From Vitrella brassicaformis CCMP3155 (lineage: Eukaryota > Protista > Chromerida), in NCBI GenBank assembly GCA_001179505.1, contig CDMY01000343.1:48201-112200 (forward strand): a stretch of DNA of 64,000 nt. Reading direction: 5' to 3'. The position numbers and the translations under genes are program-made. The notes below the pieces were generated by a model. It did no database searches and was not told the origin of the DNA. It was given only the letters and a program-made list of their open reading frames with translations. Positions 13,366 to 24,300 of the stretch are shown here, piece by piece. Every line of letters begins with the position of its first letter. Within the stretch, counting starts at the first letter, position 1.

Positions 13366-14789
13366 TCACGCCTCTTCACCGTCCTCATCTGCGCAGGAAT
13401 GGATTGACACCAGCAGAAGAGCCCAATGTGTGCTGCACTCCTGTGTGTATGTGCGCGTGTGTGAGTGTGTGCCTGGATACATACCTAGGAACAGATACAA
13501 GGCGTCGTCCCACTTCTGGAACGGCAGTGTTGTGTCATGTCGATGAAGCAGCTCCACAATGGAGTCCACTATCGCCTGCGACTGCTTTGCCAGTCCAAGC
13601 GTCTCGCCGTGCACCAGTGCGCCGGCCTTCTCGTCGTATTTGTAGAAGTGGCAGCGACGTAAGGTGTCCACTATGCAGCCGTATCTCAAAGCCTGCTCAC
13701 ACACACACACACACACACACACAAATGCATAGAACAAGACCTCACCCCTCTGGCGTGGCGCGACCAATGGCGCGACCAACCTCTTTCTCGAGGCGCAACT
13801 TGAGGGCATCCTCCGGCTTCGCGTCCCGGTCAATGCCGACCAGCACCCACACCTTCCTCGGGTATTCATCTATCAGTTCTGGGGCGTTCGTGTCCTTCTC
13901 AATCAAAAAGGACACTGAGATGGCGTCATTGTCTTGGTCATATGGCCTGGCCCGAACACGCCAGTCGGTCTGGAGCTGCATCTGCTCGAACAGCGGCCAC
14001 ACATAGTAACACACCGTCAGCAGATTCCGCTGCTTCAGGTCTGCCTGCAAGAAGCTGCACATAATTAGACAGACAAACCACGCAGCACACACAGCACAGA
14101 GAAACCACGAGGCGGAAAGACAATGATGCTGGCCTGGCTGTCTCTCCCTCCCATGTCCATCTGCCTGCGTGTGTTGGTCTGTGACGTACTCTCCGCCGAT
14201 CCTGCCAGCCATCCATTGCCTGTTGACTAATTCGTCAGGGAGTTTGATCCTGGGCAGCGGTGGGAGGTGCTGCCGGACTTCTTCAGCACCACGCCCATAC
14301 ACAGCACCAGCGGGAGTGCCTGAAGCCACCGACACCCACGCATGGATACAGCACAGCACACGGATGTAATATATATCTGCGTGGCACGGACCCCGTTTCA
14401 TTTCATGCAGTGCAGTGCAGTACGTAAGTGATCTCACCCGGCGGCACACCATCTGGCTGTGGCTGCTTCGACGGCACAGCTGCTGATGTCACCGTCGCCG
14501 GCAGCACACTTGCCGCCACCGCTTCTCTTTTCCACCAATCTCGTGTGCCAGGTCTCTCAGGCACCGCCACGGGACCACCATCACTCTGATGGGAAAGAGA
14601 GAAGTCACAAAGATCTCCGTGTGCGATGCAGCCCTTGACCTGCTGGCGAACCTTTTTTGCCGCTGTCCGAAGCGCCCGGCGCGACGTCAGTGCGGTCTGG
14701 TGACCAAAGGGAGGCACAAACGAATGCACCCCCCTGACAACGGCGGCGGACGAACTCGTGAGGGAGAAGATGATGAGCAAGCAACCCAT
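13366..14789 (-). CDS. Hypothetical protein with bipartite plastid-type targeting (possibly thylakoid lumen)
   Basis: MGCLLIIFSLTSSSAAVVRG-VHSFVPPF (signal peptide, then Phe), followed by a basic Ser/Ala/Arg-rich transit-like stretch and KREAVAASVL. Downstream exons ADLKQRNLLTVCYYVWPLF..., ALRYGCIVDTLRRCHFY..., ending DEDGEEA*. Confidence 0.6.
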
Positions 14790-14899
14790 GATGAAGTTCC
14801 TGTCGGGCTGCGTTCGCAACGGAACCGAAGGGGTTTCTTTGACCACTACACTCAGAGAGAGAGAGAGAGAGCTGTGTGTGTGCATGACTGTGTCATTTT

Positions 14900-15420
14900 G
14901 CACTAAAGGGGCTGGTTACCATTGGCAGCGGCCGACGCGGCAGATGAAGATGGCTCGTCAGCTATAGAGTCACCGGCTCCTTCACAAGCAGCAGCAGAGA
15001 TAGTCACATCTGCGCACCTGCGAACAAACACAGGATGAACATCATACGAGTGAATGCGATGAATGGCGCCTCATCGATATGTGAGCCGCCGAGGGGCTTG
15101 TTTTTCGCTTGCCGTACCTCCGTTGGCTCCTCGACAGCTGCAGCCCTGTCAGCCATCGCCAGGCGTTGAACATGCCGGGGAAGGAAACGGCTGAACGGCA
15201 CTTGAAAGTGTCGGAAATCTGCGACAAACACACAGACATCACACACACTGTCACTGCTGATGCCAGTAGGCCCTCCTGCCCGCCCTATCTCACCTCAATG
15301 CGTCAGATCAACAGCACTCAGACAGATGGGCGGCGCCATCTCTGTGGATCGATGACATCACGACATCTCTTTGGGCATCTCCCACAGACTCTGCAACGCC
15401 CCGCTGTCGCAAAACACGGA
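14900..15420. repeat. Family-B 5' exon / bidirectional promoter module (homologs at 24350-24810, 25100-25420 rc, 28480-28900 rc, 56240-56730)
   Basis: Shared blocks include gttaccattggcagc, cagccatcgccaggc...gaacatgccg and cagacagatgggcggcg...gatgacatcacgac. The copies at 14.9 kb and 24.4 kb are near-identical over more than 100 bp. Confidence 0.85.
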
Positions 15421-15838
15421 GAGAGAGGGGGCCTTGCTGCCTACAGTCCAAGCTCGCAGGGACATTCCGTGAAACCGCTCTCTCGGCGAAGGGAGCCCCC
15501 GAAGCCACTCACTGGAGGGTAGGGTGACAGTCAGAGAGGCAGGAGAAGCCAAAAAATGCTTCAAACAGCGGTTTCTTTGTGCGTTGTGTTGCTGCAGAAT
15601 CTCTCGTTCGTCACGCCTCATGACAGCCACGACGTTCGTGATGGGCCACGCTTGCTCTGTGTGTCTGCAGAGTCACTCATTCACCGCGGCTCACTTCCCC
15701 CGCCTCTCTGCTGTGACAGTGTCTGTCTGAGGTCAGCAGCGCATCCCGCCCTCCCATGGCTCTCCTCTGACTGACTGATTGCCATTCACTCGTTTGTGTG
15801 TCCTTCCTCTTTGATTCATTCAGATCTCTCACTCGACG

Positions 15839-16925
15839 ATGGCGTCGTCGTCGCATCAGATGCCAACAACCACTCCCCAGCCTCCCGCCGCGCCTCCGGC
15901 AGTCCCGCCACTGCGCAGCATCGCCATCAGCAAGGCGGCAGACATGGCCATGTCACCCCACCCCGACAGACGCGCCAAACTCCGTCAGTGCATTGACAGA
16001 TTGCCGCAGGCTGAGGACAGCACCATGCTCACACTCGTCGAGCAGCGCATAGAGGAGGCCATCGGCCGTCTGGGGCTCGGGGACGTCCTGGTCTTCGACG
16101 TCGGTGGTCTGGAGGACAGCTTGAAGGTGGTGCATGTGCTGGAGCGGGGCAGTGGCGACGAGTGGCAGGCGATGGGGCGGTTCATTCGGCTGGCCGCCGT
16201 CTATCGGCTCACTCCCCGTGCCACTCTGCCCCTGCGGCTGTCGGCGGACAGACTGCCCTCCCCAACAGCCTTCCAGCAGCTGCCATTGGCATTGGCCATC
16301 TACAAGACCTTCTCTCTCCGCCATCGCCATATGCTCACCCACAAGGGACAGAGGCTGGCGCTGCAGCAAGCCGACAACCACGGTGCCTATCGGATCGGCG
16401 ATGAGTCGTTCCGTGTGGTGCCGAAAAGTGAGCTGCCGGCCGGCCATCGCTATCGCAGCGGGTACAAGACGGCGGATCCCGTCATCCGCCAACAGGTCTC
16501 TCTCCGTATCCTTCTCGTCATTCCTTCTTGACAGGCTGCTCTGGTGCTGGTGCTATGAGGAGGGGGTGGACCAAAGGATGGTGCTGTATACAACCATCGC
16601 CAACTTTGACCCCCGCTATCGCCGTCTGCTGACTGAGCCCATCAGCCAGCAGCAGGGCATCAGTGTGGACTACCGGCAGGAAAACGGTCGCCACGGCCAA
16701 CGTCATGTGGTTGTAAGCGGCTTTCGGCCAGGTGAGACCATCGCTGCCTATCTGTGGGTGGGAAATGGCCGCGTCGAACTGTGGACGACCGAGGCATCAT
16801 CTGCTACACATCGGTCTCATCCGCTGTTTGACCGCTTCCCCACATCGATGCCCCGCTGGGATGCCGTGCTGAGGCACTTCGAGCTGGCGGAGTACGTCAT
16901 CAACAGAGGGACGGTGATAGAGTGA
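15839..16925 (+). pseudogene. Subfamily-A member A1, intronless, with a frameshift near 16490-16500
   Basis: ORF 15839-16531 matches paralogs up to DPVIR. Homology then continues in the +1 frame (SFSSFLLDRLLW...EEGV...VSGFRPGE...WTTE) to the stop at 16925. An assembly error cannot be excluded. Confidence 0.75.
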
Positions 16926-17295
16926 GGGGGTGGAGGGAGGGGGCAGATATGTGTGTGTGGTGAGGGGGTATGACTGTGATGGTTGGGTGAAGTTCATGAT
17001 CGCATTCATAGACTGAAATGGCTAGACAGTCATCCCATTCATTCATGGAACATATGCACGGGGACTGTCTGGGTGCGTATGTGTGAGTGGAGGCGGATGA
17101 GTGAGAAAGAGTCTCAGATGTATTTTTCGTGTGCGTGACTGTCTGGTTGTTCGTGCATTCAATGAGTCTGTCCGTGTGATAGCAGCTGCTAGCGGACTCG
17201 ACTGATGCCGTTCACACACACACATCTCTCAATACATTCTCTCACATCGGTCACCGCCCGCATTCCCTCTCCTCGCCGAAGGTTAAGAGGAGGGC

Positions 17296-17351
17296 AACCC
17301 TGAACCCTGCAGAAACCCTTAACCCTAAGCCCAGCTGGCTAAACCCTAAAC
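17296..17351 (+). promoter_or_regulatory. Degenerate telomere-like (AACCCT/AAACCCTAA) cluster upstream of A2
   Basis: aaccctgaaccctgcagaaacccttaaccctaagcccagctggctaaaccctaaac. A homologous cluster lies at 63503-63566. Confidence 0.55.
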
Positions 17352-17598
17352 ATGGCCTCGCCGATTTTGGTGAGGGTAAGAGGACAGACAGAGAGGCAGA
17401 AGAAGCCTAAGGATGCGATAAACAGCAGCCATCATCAATTGAACAGCATCTTCGTGTGTTGTGTTCATGCAGATCTCTCGTACGTCACCCCCCCATCAGC
17501 AGCCACGACTGTTCGTTCATGTAGCCATCGCTTCACTCAGCCGCTGATGGCCATCGGTTGTCGTCGGCCTCTGCTGACTGACTCGTCGTGACTGATTG

Positions 17599-18600
17599 AT
17601 GGCGTCTTCGGTGCCTTCGGAGGTGTGGCGTGGGCGTGTGGTGGCGTGCCTGCAGCTGCCTGATGTGGCCTCTCTCCGCAACACCTCCCGCACCATCGGC
17701 ACGTCCATCATCACGGCCGCTCTGCTGGTGGAGCGCATCGACGGCTCCCTCGCCCGCCACTCCCTCACCGCCCTCATCGACATCGACCGCACCGCCCCTC
17801 TCCCATTCACCTATGTGCTGCGGGTGGCCTATGTGCTGGAGCAGGGCACCGAGGAGTGGCGTCTGATGGGGTGGTTCATCCGGCTGGCTGCCATCTATCG
17901 GCTCACTCCTGCCAATGGGCTGCCCCTGGTGCTGTCGGCTCAGTGGCTGATGGCCCACCTTCCCAGCAGGACGGCCTTTCACCAGCTGCCCGACGCCATG
18001 GCCATCTATCGACTACACGGCCACATGCTGACATACCAAGGGACCAGCCTGGCGCTGCAGCCAGATGACAACGGGGCCTATTGGATTGGCAATGAGTCGT
18101 TTCGTATGGTGCCTTTTGGTGATCTGCCGGGCGGCCATCGCTATGCTGACGGCTACAAGCGCACCGACCCCGCCATCCGCTGGGTCGACGACTGGCTCTT
18201 CCCCTCTTCCTCGGCATATCTGCTGGACATGGTGCTAAGGCGGTGGCGCTGCGAGGAGGGGGTGAATGAGATGATAGTGCTATATGCAGATATCGGCCGT
18301 GGTGACCCTCGTTATGGCCGTCTGCTGACATCGGCCATCACAGAGGATCTCGGCATCGCTGTGGACTATCGCAGGGATGGAGGCAATCTGAATGCTGCTG
18401 ACCAGACTGACTATCGTCGTGTGATAGTGAGCGGCTTCCGACGCAACGAGACCGTCGCCGCCTACCTGTGGGTGGCGGATGGCAGCATTTATCTCTACAC
18501 GACCGAGCCATCTGCTGCTGATGCGCCGGCACCAATCGCTCAGCTCTCTCCTGAGTCGATTTGTGCCGCGTCCGCCGCGGGCATTCGGTCTCCAGCGTGA
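17599..18600 (+). CDS. Subfamily-A member A2 with an F-box-like N-terminus, intronless, C-terminus frameshifted
   Basis: VPSEVWRGRVVACLQLPDVASLRNTSR resembles the F-box pattern LPxE...L...D...R.VS. Homologous to A1 and A3 along its length. A short deletion near 18570 shifts the AFGLQRDVIERG tail out of frame. Confidence 0.75.
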   Translation: MASSVPSEVWRGRVVACLQLPDVASLRNTSRTIGTSIITAALLVERIDGSLARHSLTALIDIDRTAPLPFTYVLRVAYVLEQGTEEWRLMGWFIRLAAIYRLTPANGLPLVLSAQWLMAHLPSRTAFHQLPDAMAIYRLHGHMLTYQGTSLALQPDDNGAYWIGNESFRMVPFGDLPGGHRYADGYKRTDPAIRWVDDWLFPSSSAYLLDMVLRRWRCEEGVNEMIVLYADIGRGDPRYGRLLTSAITEDLGIAVDYRRDGGNLNAADQTDYRRVIVSGFRRNETVAAYLWVADGSIYLYTTEPSAADAPAPIAQLSPESICAASAAGIRSPA

Positions 18601-19673
18601 CGTTATCGAGAGGGGGAGGTTGGGGTGAGTGGTGAGTGGTGTTGGCGGCTGCTGTCTGAGGGGCGGCTGGGTTGTTAACCTAGAGGGTGGGGAGGGTCTG
18701 TCTGTGTGAGCAGTGGTGGAAGGGGAGGGTGACTGAGGTGCATTTGAATGGACGACGTGTGTGTGCCATGGGTGGGTGGATGTTGTACTCGTTTTTGAAA
18801 GACTCACCGACTGCATGGCCTCACTCACATGAATGAGTAACTCAATGAAAAGCACAGTCCACAATTCATCGGCGAAATGGAAATTGGCTGAGTGGATTGG
18901 TTTGGTGTGCATGGGCGGCTCGACAAACACTGATGAGCATGATGCATATGAGTCGGTGCAGTCACAAGAAGTCACCCACAACACACAGTCACACACACAC
19001 AGAGAGACAGACAGAGAGATCTCAGAGTCCATTGCGCACATGGCTACGCCTCCCTGTGTGTGGTCGGCTGTAAAGAAACGACTCTTCTGTATGTGATTGA
19101 GGCCTGCACTGACAGACAGAAGGCTTATCGATGGATGGTGTGGATGTGCGGAGACGATGGTGTGCGGTGCGGAGGCTGTGTGTTAGTGTATGTGCATCTG
19201 ACTGATGTATGGACTCATCAGCATCAGTAAGTACCATTGACTGACACACACAGAAATCACGCCGTGCATCACCGAACATGAGCAGGAGGCCGCCAAGGTT
19301 CTAAGAAAGGGGCCCATATGCAACAACCAGTCGAGAGGAAAAACCCATCGCCGATCTGTCTGTCTGTCTGTCTGTCTCAGTCTCTGGCTTAAGTGTGCAT
19401 ATCCGACACATCGCTCTCTCCTGGGCCTCAAACCGTCCCCCGTCTCGTAGCCGGTGAGCACCTCCTGCGTCAACAGGTGACGTCATCGATCACTCTTCAT
19501 CAACAGACAAACGACCCTCCCCGCCCGACGCCCTCACGACTCCCGAGGCAGGCAGGGCCGCGATGTCGTCGCTGGGAGGGCTTGAGGCCACTCGGCGATG
19601 TGGGTCGTTGGTGTGGGTGTCGGCTGGTTGATGTGACGGCGAAGAGCATCACGGCAGAGGCGGAAGAGGCAAA

Positions 19674-22300
19674 CTAGCTGCCGGCGAGAACAAGGCCACC
19701 GCAGGCAGGGAGGCAGCACGGACAGCAGCAACAGATGGCTGGATGGGTAGACACAGAAGAGACAGCGTCAGCAGCAGGCAGGCAGGCCGGCTTCACAATG
19801 AAGAAAAGGCGGAGTGGCCTTCTTGTAGAGTAGGCAGTAGGCCTTAGTCCGCCGCACATCGTCTGCACCCACCCATGCGCACATACATTTGTGCAATCGA
19901 TGTTTGCCTCATACCAGTTGACACCAAATGGACTCGATCGTCGTCAAAGCAATACCACTGCGCACACAGCACATAGATATTTCCGTCCGAGACACATGTG
20001 TGTGCACATAATGACATACATACCCTCCCGTCGCGGAGGACGTAGGCCATGTAATGGCCTGCCTGGTGCTGGCCTGCACGAATGAATGAAGTGGGACAAT
20101 CAATGCTCAGACATGACATAAATGTGGCGTGGATGCGGTGTGCGTAAGTGAAGTACCGATGTGCCTCACGAGCCCCAAAAGGTCATATTCAGCGCCGCAG
20201 AAGAACCTGCACCGACCCATGTACGCAACGTCGTTTGGGTGTGGTGTGTGCAGATCGTTCGTTCTTTCCTCGGCCGGCCGATCTACTAACCTTGTGGCAA
20301 GCTCATTCTCGAGTCGCATCGGGAAGTCCAGCGGCGTGTGGACTTTGGACAGAGACGAGGAGAATCTACACACACACACGTGGATGGATGGCTGGAGGCA
20401 GATTGTATGAGGTACCGTTTGATGTGCAAGAAGAGCATCTCCGGCGCATGAGTGACCGACAGCTGCTTGGTCGCCTGTGTGGAGCACAGCACACACACGT
20501 TCGAGGTCATGTGTGCGTCAGTCAGTCGATCGTGTGTGTCATTCATTAGTGCCTTCTAAACGCACCCGCCTCTTTTCCTTGCAGGACACACAAAAACACT
20601 CCTGATGACCGGCCGGGTTGGTTGATCGAGACACACAGACAGACTTGTACTCTGTTTACCTCTTTCCCTTCGAGCGTCTCTTGCGCGAAGTAGCTCTCCA
20701 CACACGAAAAGAGCGACACAGTCTGCGACGACTGAACACACACACACACACACACACACGGAACAGGAAAACAAATCCACACACGAAGACGCTCACTCGT
20801 GGACAGACACCCATCCACCGACCCGTGCCAGTGGCAGCGAGAGGTCGAGAAAGGGCTCGAATGTGTCGCTGAATCTCCCACACACCGTGCACTTGACGCG
20901 CGAATGCAGCTGCACAAACAAACAGAGACACACAAAGACACACATGGGTGGGTGCCTGGGTGTGTGTGGGTAGGTCAGCCTGTAGATACGTACCTGCCCC
21001 ATGGACAGCTCGTTGACGAGAGTGCGCATATGCATGCTGTCGCCGTTGAGGTAATACATCCACCACGTGTGTGCCGCCTGCATTGCGTACACACAGTACT
21101 TACTCTTTGTATACACACATGTGCGCGTTTGGTCGTGTCTCGATGGATGGGCACCCAACCTGTTCCACAGAGGCGAAGCCCTGCTGCAGGCCGCGCTCGA
21201 GCTCGCTTTGGCACGTCAGGCAAGGCGGACCCAGGGCCTGTGTGGACACACGCACACGTGCACAGACAGTCAGTGTGTGTGTGTGTGCAATTCAATGCCC
21301 ACCTTCTTTAGGCCTTCGTGCAGCTGGTCGAGAAGCACACGGACGCACTCATGAGCATCTGCACACAAACAGACAGACAGACAGACAAACAGACCGACAG
21401 AGAGACAGACGTCAATGGCTTACTGACTGACTGCATGTCTCTCTCCGCATATATTCACGTGCACACGCTTTTAGATATACCTTGTTGGTTGGCGTCGAAG
21501 AGATAAGGCGCGACCGAGCGCAGTTTGGCATGCAATCCTGCACACAGACAGACAGACAGACAGACGCATCTGTATGTGTGTGTGTGTGCGTGATTCACGG
21601 CGTGTGCGAGGGCGTATACGTACCCGTGCACTCGAAAGCCGGATGGGGCCGCGGAATTCGACTTAGGTCGTTGAGGACCTTGGCGAAGCTGCGTGTGAGC
21701 TTTGGCGAGTTAGTTGTAACCCTTTACACACACAGAGGGATCGCACGATGAGCTCCGTTTGAGTGTGCATGGCATGCGCCGCGCCCACAATCTCTTTGTC
21801 TATTGTGCACACGTACTTACTTGTCCCGGAGACCGTTGGCAAACGAGGGAATGCCGGCGAAGCACTGCATACACGCACACCATAACGACACACACACACA
21901 CACACACACTCCTTCACAAAGACATACGTAGGTACTTACCTGCAGTGATGCGTTCAAGAAGCATGTGTTGTTGAGATTGACGAGACCGGCGGGCAGACGC
22001 GAGGACCCTGCCAGCGTCCACACACACAGACAAATCGGATCCAGCCTCCAATCCGCACTGTATCGATACCTGCGCACCCGGCGACTGTGGTGGCGAGGCT
22101 GGTGGTGAAGTGGGCGGCAAGCTCGGCGACTGAGTGCTTGCCCTGGTGCTGCAGCCACATACACCAACACCAGACAGACAGACAGACAGACGGACGGGCG
22201 GGAGACGCCATCAATGGTATCGGTATAAGGCAGCGACCTCGGCTTACGAGGCGCTGCTCGGAGACACTGCTTCGGTGCTTGACCTCTTTGACGTGGGGCC
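19674..22300 (-). CDS. Ubiquitin-specific protease (USP/C19), multi-exon
   Basis: Cys box AGLVNLNNTCFLNASLQ (~21945-21990), SRVKCTVCGRFSDTFEPFLDLSLPL, TKQLSVTHAPEMLFLHIKR, His box HIGTSL/AGHYMAYV, WYCFDDDRV and AYCLLY. The 5' end is unresolved. Confidence 0.85.
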
Positions 22301-22333
22301 TGTGAGAGCGACACAGACACGACCAGCTGATGA

Positions 22334-23756
22334 CTAACTTGGGACATGTATGTATTGTCCTGTACTTGAAGCCTTCTTCAACGCATCATCTACGCCAAGA
22401 CTCACGAGCCGAAACAGATAATCTCGCTGGTGGAGATCGGCGGGTCGTAGGACAGCCCCGTCGAAGATGAAATAGATTCCCGGCTCGCGAAGGACATAGT
22501 TGCAGCCTGCACACGCAAAAGAAGGACGTGACACCCACAAACAGAGAAAGAAAGAAAGAAAGTATTCAAGTTCGTCTTCATTCTTCATCCCACCTCCAAA
22601 GGCATGGTCCCAGCAGCCCTCTCCGTCATTAAAGACAAACTCGAGGCCCTGAATGAAAGCAAATCAAGCCGATCTATCAGACGAATGATGCATGTCTCTC
22701 CGTGTGATGTCCAGCTTACGTGTGACGGCACGGCCGCATGGAATACCCCGTCGGCACCAAACTTCGCACACCGGAAGCCGGGAGATGTTGTCCAGCCGCC
22801 CTTGGGCTGGTTGAAGTGGATGTGTGGTGTGGTCCAGCCGGTGAAGTAGATGATGTGCGTCCCTTTCGCAAGCCGCGCCGCCTGGTCGATGCCATACAGT
22901 AGATCTGAGGAAGAAAGGGAGGTCAGATTGCGACAGATTCCTCTTATGTGTTCATTCTACGGCTCTCTTACCAACAACACCGACATTACTCCAGTGCTTG
23001 AGTCTCCGTAGCTGTCCATCTCGCAACAGGTACACTCCCTTCTCGTCGATCTTGTAATTTCCTGAAAAGACAAAAGAAAGGAAGAGACGCACGATATCGA
23101 TTTCAACAGAGGCCCGCACTATCCCTCCCAAGCGCTCACTGTTTTCACCACCCGGCTTGTTGTCCCAATTCGTGTGACTCTTTTCACACACGACCAACTC
23201 GGTACTAGAGTCGGTAGCCTGCATGCATCGCATACACCAAACAAAACACACATCAAGCCATATTCCCGTGTCTTAACTTACCCGCTGTTCGATATCGATG
23301 TGGATATACCACATGTCTCCGCCCAACGCGACGCACTCCTCGTCGCTCCAGCGGCCCTTGTCGTTCCTGAAGTGGCACACGGGGGGGTGCCACCCCGACG
23401 AGTACAACTGAAAACAACCAACACATTCAGACAGATGGCTCAGCCAGTCTCCTCATTTCCCCCATGAGCTTACGAGATGGATCCCGGGGCTCTCGAATTC
23501 CACCTGCATGCAGAACACATCGAAACACGGTTTCATCTGGTCATTTCCGTCCCCCCTCGCTAGGACAGGTCACCTCATCGTCGTCGTAGTCGCTCTCGTC
23601 GCTGCGGAAGGTTTTAATGTCGCGCCAGACGTTGTGAGGCACGAGGGAGCCCAGCTGGGACAGTGTGCGGTTTCTGTGGTCTTCCAGAAGGGCGGCGACA
23701 TCGTCCCGGCTAATGAAGCTGGCGAGGCCTGGCATCTCCATCGCGGGAGGAATCAT
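22334..23756 (-). CDS. Protein with two tandem CBM25 starch-binding modules
   Basis: Module 2: IIYFTGWTTPHIHFNQPKGGWTTSPGF...LEFVFNDGEGCWDHAFGGCNYVLREPGIY. Module 1: YSSGWHPPVCHFRNDKGRWS...ELVVCEKSHTNWDNKPGG-NYKIDEKGVY. These match the recalled bacterial CBM25 pattern YYKTGWTHPHIHY..GAWTTLPG..AAFNNG..WDNN. Confidence 0.8.
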
Positions 23757-24092
23757 GATGGAACCGAGGGGAGAAACGCGATCGCCCCAAATTGCGAGCT
23801 TGGCAGGCCGCTCACTTTTTAGATGGCAGTCAGAGAAGCAAAGGTGGCATCCATGCTAGTAGCTCAATCCACCAGCCATCAATCCGACGGCACGAAGGGA
23901 TTGTGTGTGGCCCTTCCAATCAAATGACTCAACCCTGCACCAGTTGTTGGTAAACCAATTGACTAAAGATGCAGAGAGAGAGAGAGAGAGAGGGACGACA
24001 GAGCCAAGCGAGAGAAGCACGATCTGTGTCGTATGTCCGGCCAATCATCCCACACACGAGGTCATCAATCACATTGAATAAAGTATCGTCCA

Positions 24093-24300
24093 TCATACAG
24101 ACAAACAGACAGGTATGTCTTGCGTGCGTCCATGATGGCGGTCGGTGTCGATGACGCGGAAGTAGGCCAGCTGTGAGTAGCTCGTCACGTGTTGGGCGAT
24201 CCTCGGCATCAGCGTCGCGACCCCCAACACGTCTCTGAGAGTGATGTCCTGGTGGTGGTGGGGCTGCTGCTGCGACGATGCACTGCTGGCACCTACAACA
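24093..24300 (-). pseudogene. Divergent family-B F-box-like exon without the family body
   Basis: LRDVLGVATLMPRIAQHVTSYSQLAYFRVIDTDRH aligns with FAALPAEVTPAIAECLSSYADLCAFRRIDKSRH. It is spliced in phase to the upstream module exon (AAT G|GT GCC). It may instead be a live exon of a longer gene. Confidence 0.55.

Noticed and set aside
2453-23756. Bacterial contamination suggested by the met-zincin, RsmD and CBM25 domains
   Set aside because: All three are interrupted by host-style GT-AG introns containing microsatellites.
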